Shown here piece after piece: positions 31,882-34,041 of a stretch of DNA of 34,041 nt (positions are counted from its first letter, which is position 1; each line of letters opens with the position of its first letter). The notes beneath the pieces are model-generated. The model ran no database searches and was not told the origin of the DNA. It saw only the letters and a program-made list of their open reading frames with translations. The stretch is from the IMG/VR virus record IMGVR_UViG_3300045391_001644, positions 1 to 34,041 of that record, one strand, 5' to 3'. This DNA is from a virus. The position numbers and the translations under genes were made by a program.

Positions 31882-32475
31882 ATGGATCTGAATTTATTCC
31901 GAGTTTTTTGCGTTTTGTTTTTTATGTTCGCCGTCGCTGTTAAGGGCGGATGGCTCGGCCGCATCCCCGGCTGGAACGAATTCAAAAAACGAAAGACGAC
32001 AAATAACACTCCCGGCAACATCCTCGCCGCCTTGAAACGCTGGCTCCTCGATGGCACCCAGCTGAGCGCGTTTCTTGTGACTGGCTTCATGGCGGCCGCT
32101 ACAAGCGATGTCATCCTGGCAGTTTCATTCGGGCTGATGTGGTGGCTTTATTTCATGCGCTCGATGGGCGAGGTCGCCGGCGCGGTCGGCGACTACAAGG
32201 GCGGATGGGGCGAATATACCGTGACCGATAAATTCAGCCGCACCGAAGGGATAAAGAACGCGCTGACGCACGGCTTGGCCGGCGGCGGCATGCTGACTTT
32301 CGCCACGGGCTTTATCTGGTTCATCCCGGCGGCCGGCCTTTTTCCGGTTTGTTATTTCGTCGGAAACTCGCTGCATCAATTCATTCACAAATCGACCGGC
32401 TGGACCTACAGCGAACCGATTTACGGCCTCCCGATCGGGATCGCCGCGGCCTTTTATCTGACAGGAGGTTTTTAA
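31882..32475 (+). CDS. Multi-pass integral membrane protein (possible holin-like lysis component)
   Basis: 197 aa with several hydrophobic segments (FCVLFFMFAVAV, FLVTGFMAAATSDVILAVSFGLMWWLYF, MLTFATGFIWFIPAAGLFPVCYFV, LPIGIAAAFYL). First gene of the lysis cluster. Confidence 0.55.
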   Translation: MDLNLFRVFCVLFFMFAVAVKGGWLGRIPGWNEFKKRKTTNNTPGNILAALKRWLLDGTQLSAFLVTGFMAAATSDVILAVSFGLMWWLYFMRSMGEVAGAVGDYKGGWGEYTVTDKFSRTEGIKNALTHGLAGGGMLTFATGFIWFIPAAGLFPVCYFVGNSLHQFIHKSTGWTYSEPIYGLPIGIAAAFYLTGGF

Positions 32476-32828
32476 TGGCAAAAGAAAATGAAACGATCGC
32501 CGATGAAATGATGTTCCTGCTCGGCGAGATTAAAAAAACCGGCGAGGACAACAGCAAGCAAATATCCGTCGTTGTCGAGGAGCTGAAGGCAAACACCAAA
32601 GAGACGATCATCAACACGCAGAACACAAAAGCTGCTTTTCGGCGCATCGATGAAATCAATGTCAACTTATCAAACCTCGCAAAAAAAGTTTCCCGCCACG
32701 AAAACATCATTAACGTTACCGCCGGCAAAGCCAAAGGCGTGGCGGGGGCAATCAGGATTATATGGATCGTCGGCGGCGGCTTTGTTGGCGTCGCACTCAC
32801 TGTCATCGGAATGGTGTTCTTTCGATGA
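32475..32828 (+). CDS. Coiled-coil protein with a C-terminal transmembrane anchor (holin/antiholin candidate)
   Basis: Start at MAKENETIADEM via a TAATG overlap. C-terminal TM segment AIRIIWIVGGGFVGVALTVIGMVFF. ATGA overlap with the endolysin gene. Confidence 0.5.
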   Translation: MAKENETIADEMMFLLGEIKKTGEDNSKQISVVVEELKANTKETIINTQNTKAAFRRIDEINVNLSNLAKKVSRHENIINVTAGKAKGVAGAIRIIWIVGGGFVGVALTVIGMVFFR

Positions 32829-33349
32829 AGCACGCAAAGAAAACCGCAACAGGCCTGGGCGTCGCCGGAATGATGGCGATCGCCCTTCTCATCAAGCCCT
32901 GGGAGGGTCGCGTTCATAAACCCTATCGGGATATCGGCGGCGTCTGGACAGTGTGCGACGGCCACACCGGGCCGGATATCGTGATCGATAAAATCTATTC
33001 CGATCCTGAATGCGACAACGTCACGGCGCGGGATGTGCGAACGGTCGAGCTTGCCGTCGAAGGCAAGCTGAAGCGCAGCATGCCGGTCCCGACAAAGGCC
33101 GCCTTTATCTCGTTCGCCTACAATGTCGGTGTGACGGCCTTCCAGAATTCGACGCTGCTTAAAATGGCCAACGCCGGCGACCTGCGTGGCGCCTGTGAGC
33201 AGCTCCCGCGATGGGTCTTTGTCAAAGGTACATTTGTCGCCGGCCTAAAGAACCGCCGGATGTCCGAGCGCAGCCTGTGCCTCCAGGGCCTTGATCCGAA
33301 TTTCCGGCCGCCGGCTATCGAAAACTTTGTGGGATGGGTGATTTCATGA
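32825..33349 (+). CDS. SAR endolysin, glycoside hydrolase family 24 (T4/P21-type lysozyme)
   Basis: N-terminal weakly hydrophobic Gly/Ala-rich segment TATGLGVAGMMAIALLI, then the catalytic E-x8-D-x5-T triad in WEGRVHKPYRDIGGVWTVCDGHT, plus FISFAYNVG. Confidence 0.85.
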   Translation: MKHAKKTATGLGVAGMMAIALLIKPWEGRVHKPYRDIGGVWTVCDGHTGPDIVIDKIYSDPECDNVTARDVRTVELAVEGKLKRSMPVPTKAAFISFAYNVGVTAFQNSTLLKMANAGDLRGACEQLPRWVFVKGTFVAGLKNRRMSERSLCLQGLDPNFRPPAIENFVGWVIS

Positions 33350-33726
33350 TTGGAAAACTTTGGGCCTTTGTGCCTGGCGATATCAAGCTTCTCATCATAC
33401 TAGGGGCGGTGTCTGTCATCGGCCTTGGGGGATTAGGCGTCAAATTGAAAATAACGACTCTTGAACGTGATCTGGAAAAATGCCGTGGGGGTATAGCGGT
33501 GGACGCTCTGGAGACGTCTGAGGCCGTAAGGGCGGCTGAGGTAAAGGCATTAGAAACTGCGAGGAAGGATGACCATGAAAGACAAACATTCATTACAGAA
33601 AATAAAATCGCGCTCGAACGTAACCGACAAGCTGGCGACGGGCCTCTTGCTCCTGTGCAGCGCGATATGCTTGAGCGCGTGCGGCAGCGATATTCTGAGA
33701 AGTTTCCAGACAAACGAAATCCCTGA
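33346..33726 (+). CDS. i-spanin (Rz-like)
   Basis: N-terminal TM segment LLIILGAVSVIGLGGLGV, then a charged coiled-coil periplasmic domain. ATGA overlap with the endolysin stop. Confidence 0.7.
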   Translation: MIGKLWAFVPGDIKLLIILGAVSVIGLGGLGVKLKITTLERDLEKCRGGIAVDALETSEAVRAAEVKALETARKDDHERQTFITENKIALERNRQAGDGPLAPVQRDMLERVRQRYSEKFPDKRNP

Positions 33727-33898
33727 GAGCCTCCTCGATCCAGGGCGGCCTGGTGTGGTGGTGGATGTTTCCACTGCTACCCAGGCCGATGCGGCCGACG
33801 CCTACCTGGAGACCTACGGTGCATGGGAAGGCTGCGCGGTCAACATGGAGAACCTGAAAACTTTTCTGAATGAAAAAAGGATGATCGAAAATCGTTAG
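33569..33898 (+). CDS. o-spanin (Rz1-like lipoprotein), overlapping the i-spanin gene out of frame
   Basis: Signal peptide with the lipobox LSAC (GLLLLCSAICLSAC|GSD) and an AGGAAGG RBS. It starts inside the i-spanin gene and extends 172 nt beyond it. Confidence 0.7.
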   Translation: MTMKDKHSLQKIKSRSNVTDKLATGLLLLCSAICLSACGSDILRSFQTNEIPESLLDPGRPGVVVDVSTATQADAADAYLETYGAWEGCAVNMENLKTFLNEKRMIENR

Positions 33899-33921
33899 AG
33901 ATTTATTGGGTGTCCGGCGTT

Positions 33922-33931
33922 TACTCTAACG
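33922..33931 (-). repeat. Inverted copy (CGTTAGAGTA) of the att-arm motif
   Basis: The plus strand reads TACTCTAACG, 41 bp from the right att copy. It matches CGTTAGAGTT at 9 of 10 positions. Confidence 0.45.
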
Positions 33932-33972
33932 TATTATTTTTTTAAGTCTTTGATTTTATTATAGCGAGAATG

Positions 33973-34012
33973 ATTTACAGTCTGCTGCCATTAACCACTC
34001 GGCCACCCTTCC
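33973..34012 (-). pseudogene. Truncated tRNA-Tyr 5' fragment inside the right att copy
   Basis: Same 40 nt as 1-40. After the anticodon loop the minus strand continues CATTCTCGCTAT, which cannot pair with the GCAGA anticodon stem, so no 3' half is present. Confidence 0.7.
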
Positions 34013-34041
34013 ATTCCACGGCAAGCCTTTATAATGATTGA
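33973..34041. repeat. att direct repeat, right copy
   Basis: Identical to 1-69. The preceding bases (..gcgagaatg) are phage-specific and unrelated to tRNA sequence. Confidence 0.9.

Larger units (their letters stand above)
1..34041. mobile_element. Temperate podovirus-like prophage (or circular phage genome opened at att), bounded by 69-bp direct repeats
   Basis: Perfect direct repeat 1-69 = 33973-34041. The interval holds integrase, excisionase-like and repressor genes, then replication genes, then terminase-portal-scaffold-capsid-tail-lysis genes, with tight operon-like packing and many ATGA/TAATG start-stop overlaps. Confidence 0.85.

Noticed and set aside
1-34041. Diversity-generating retroelement, retron, toxin-antitoxin pair or a recognisable defence island
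   Set aside because: No reverse transcriptase, no template/variable repeat pair outside the in-frame fibre repeats, and no obvious toxin or defence-domain proteins were recognisable among the ORFs. The accessory candidates are limited to the lipoprotein, the basic protein and the small ORFs reported above.

Overview
This 34,041-bp window is one essentially complete temperate podovirus-type prophage, or a circular phage genome opened at its attachment region. It is bounded by a perfect 69-bp direct repeat (1-69 = 33973-34041). On the minus strand this repeat holds the 5' half of a tRNA-Tyr(GUA) gene plus 29 nt of its upstream flank. Left arm (minus strand): an HNH endonuclease, several small early genes (one Gp49/Sf6-gp66-like), a tyrosine integrase, an AlpA/excisionase-like HTH protein, and an XRE regulator preceded by a translationally coupled 33-codon leader ORF. 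Immunity region: a lambda-like layout. A CI-like XRE repressor (5990-6331, -) diverges from a Cro-like gene (6414-6788, +) across three related 16-bp operators, and two more copies of the same operator lie 1.2 kb to the left. Between the two operator clusters sit a Lys/Ala/Pro-rich basic protein, a lipoprotein moron and a 34-codon ORF resembling the repressor C-terminal tail. Replication genes: a small zinc-ribbon protein, a Toprim primase-like protein and a P4/D5-type SF3 helicase-like ATPase. The most striking unexplained structure is a 440-bp non-coding region (10514-10956) just upstream of the packaging genes. It carries 12 copies of the heptamer TGTCCCG in a forward/inverted/forward arrangement, a CACACATG tandem, an AT-rich stretch and an 18-bp perfect palindrome; it could be origin iterons or a terminase-recognition/packaging array. 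The right 23 kb is a virion module in T7 gene order: small and large terminase, portal, scaffold, major capsid, gp11-like adaptor, gp12-like nozzle with an inserted carbohydrate-binding-like domain, three internal virion proteins (one of 1288 aa), a repeat-rich tail fibre and a glycine-rich protein. There is no phage RNA polymerase. A lysis cassette follows (two membrane proteins, SAR endolysin, overlapping i-/o-spanins). A 287-nt strongly structured non-coding leader separates the scaffold and capsid genes. No CRISPR array, rRNA, transposase or intact tRNA was seen. All functional calls rest on my own reading of the translated ORFs and motifs; no database search was possible.
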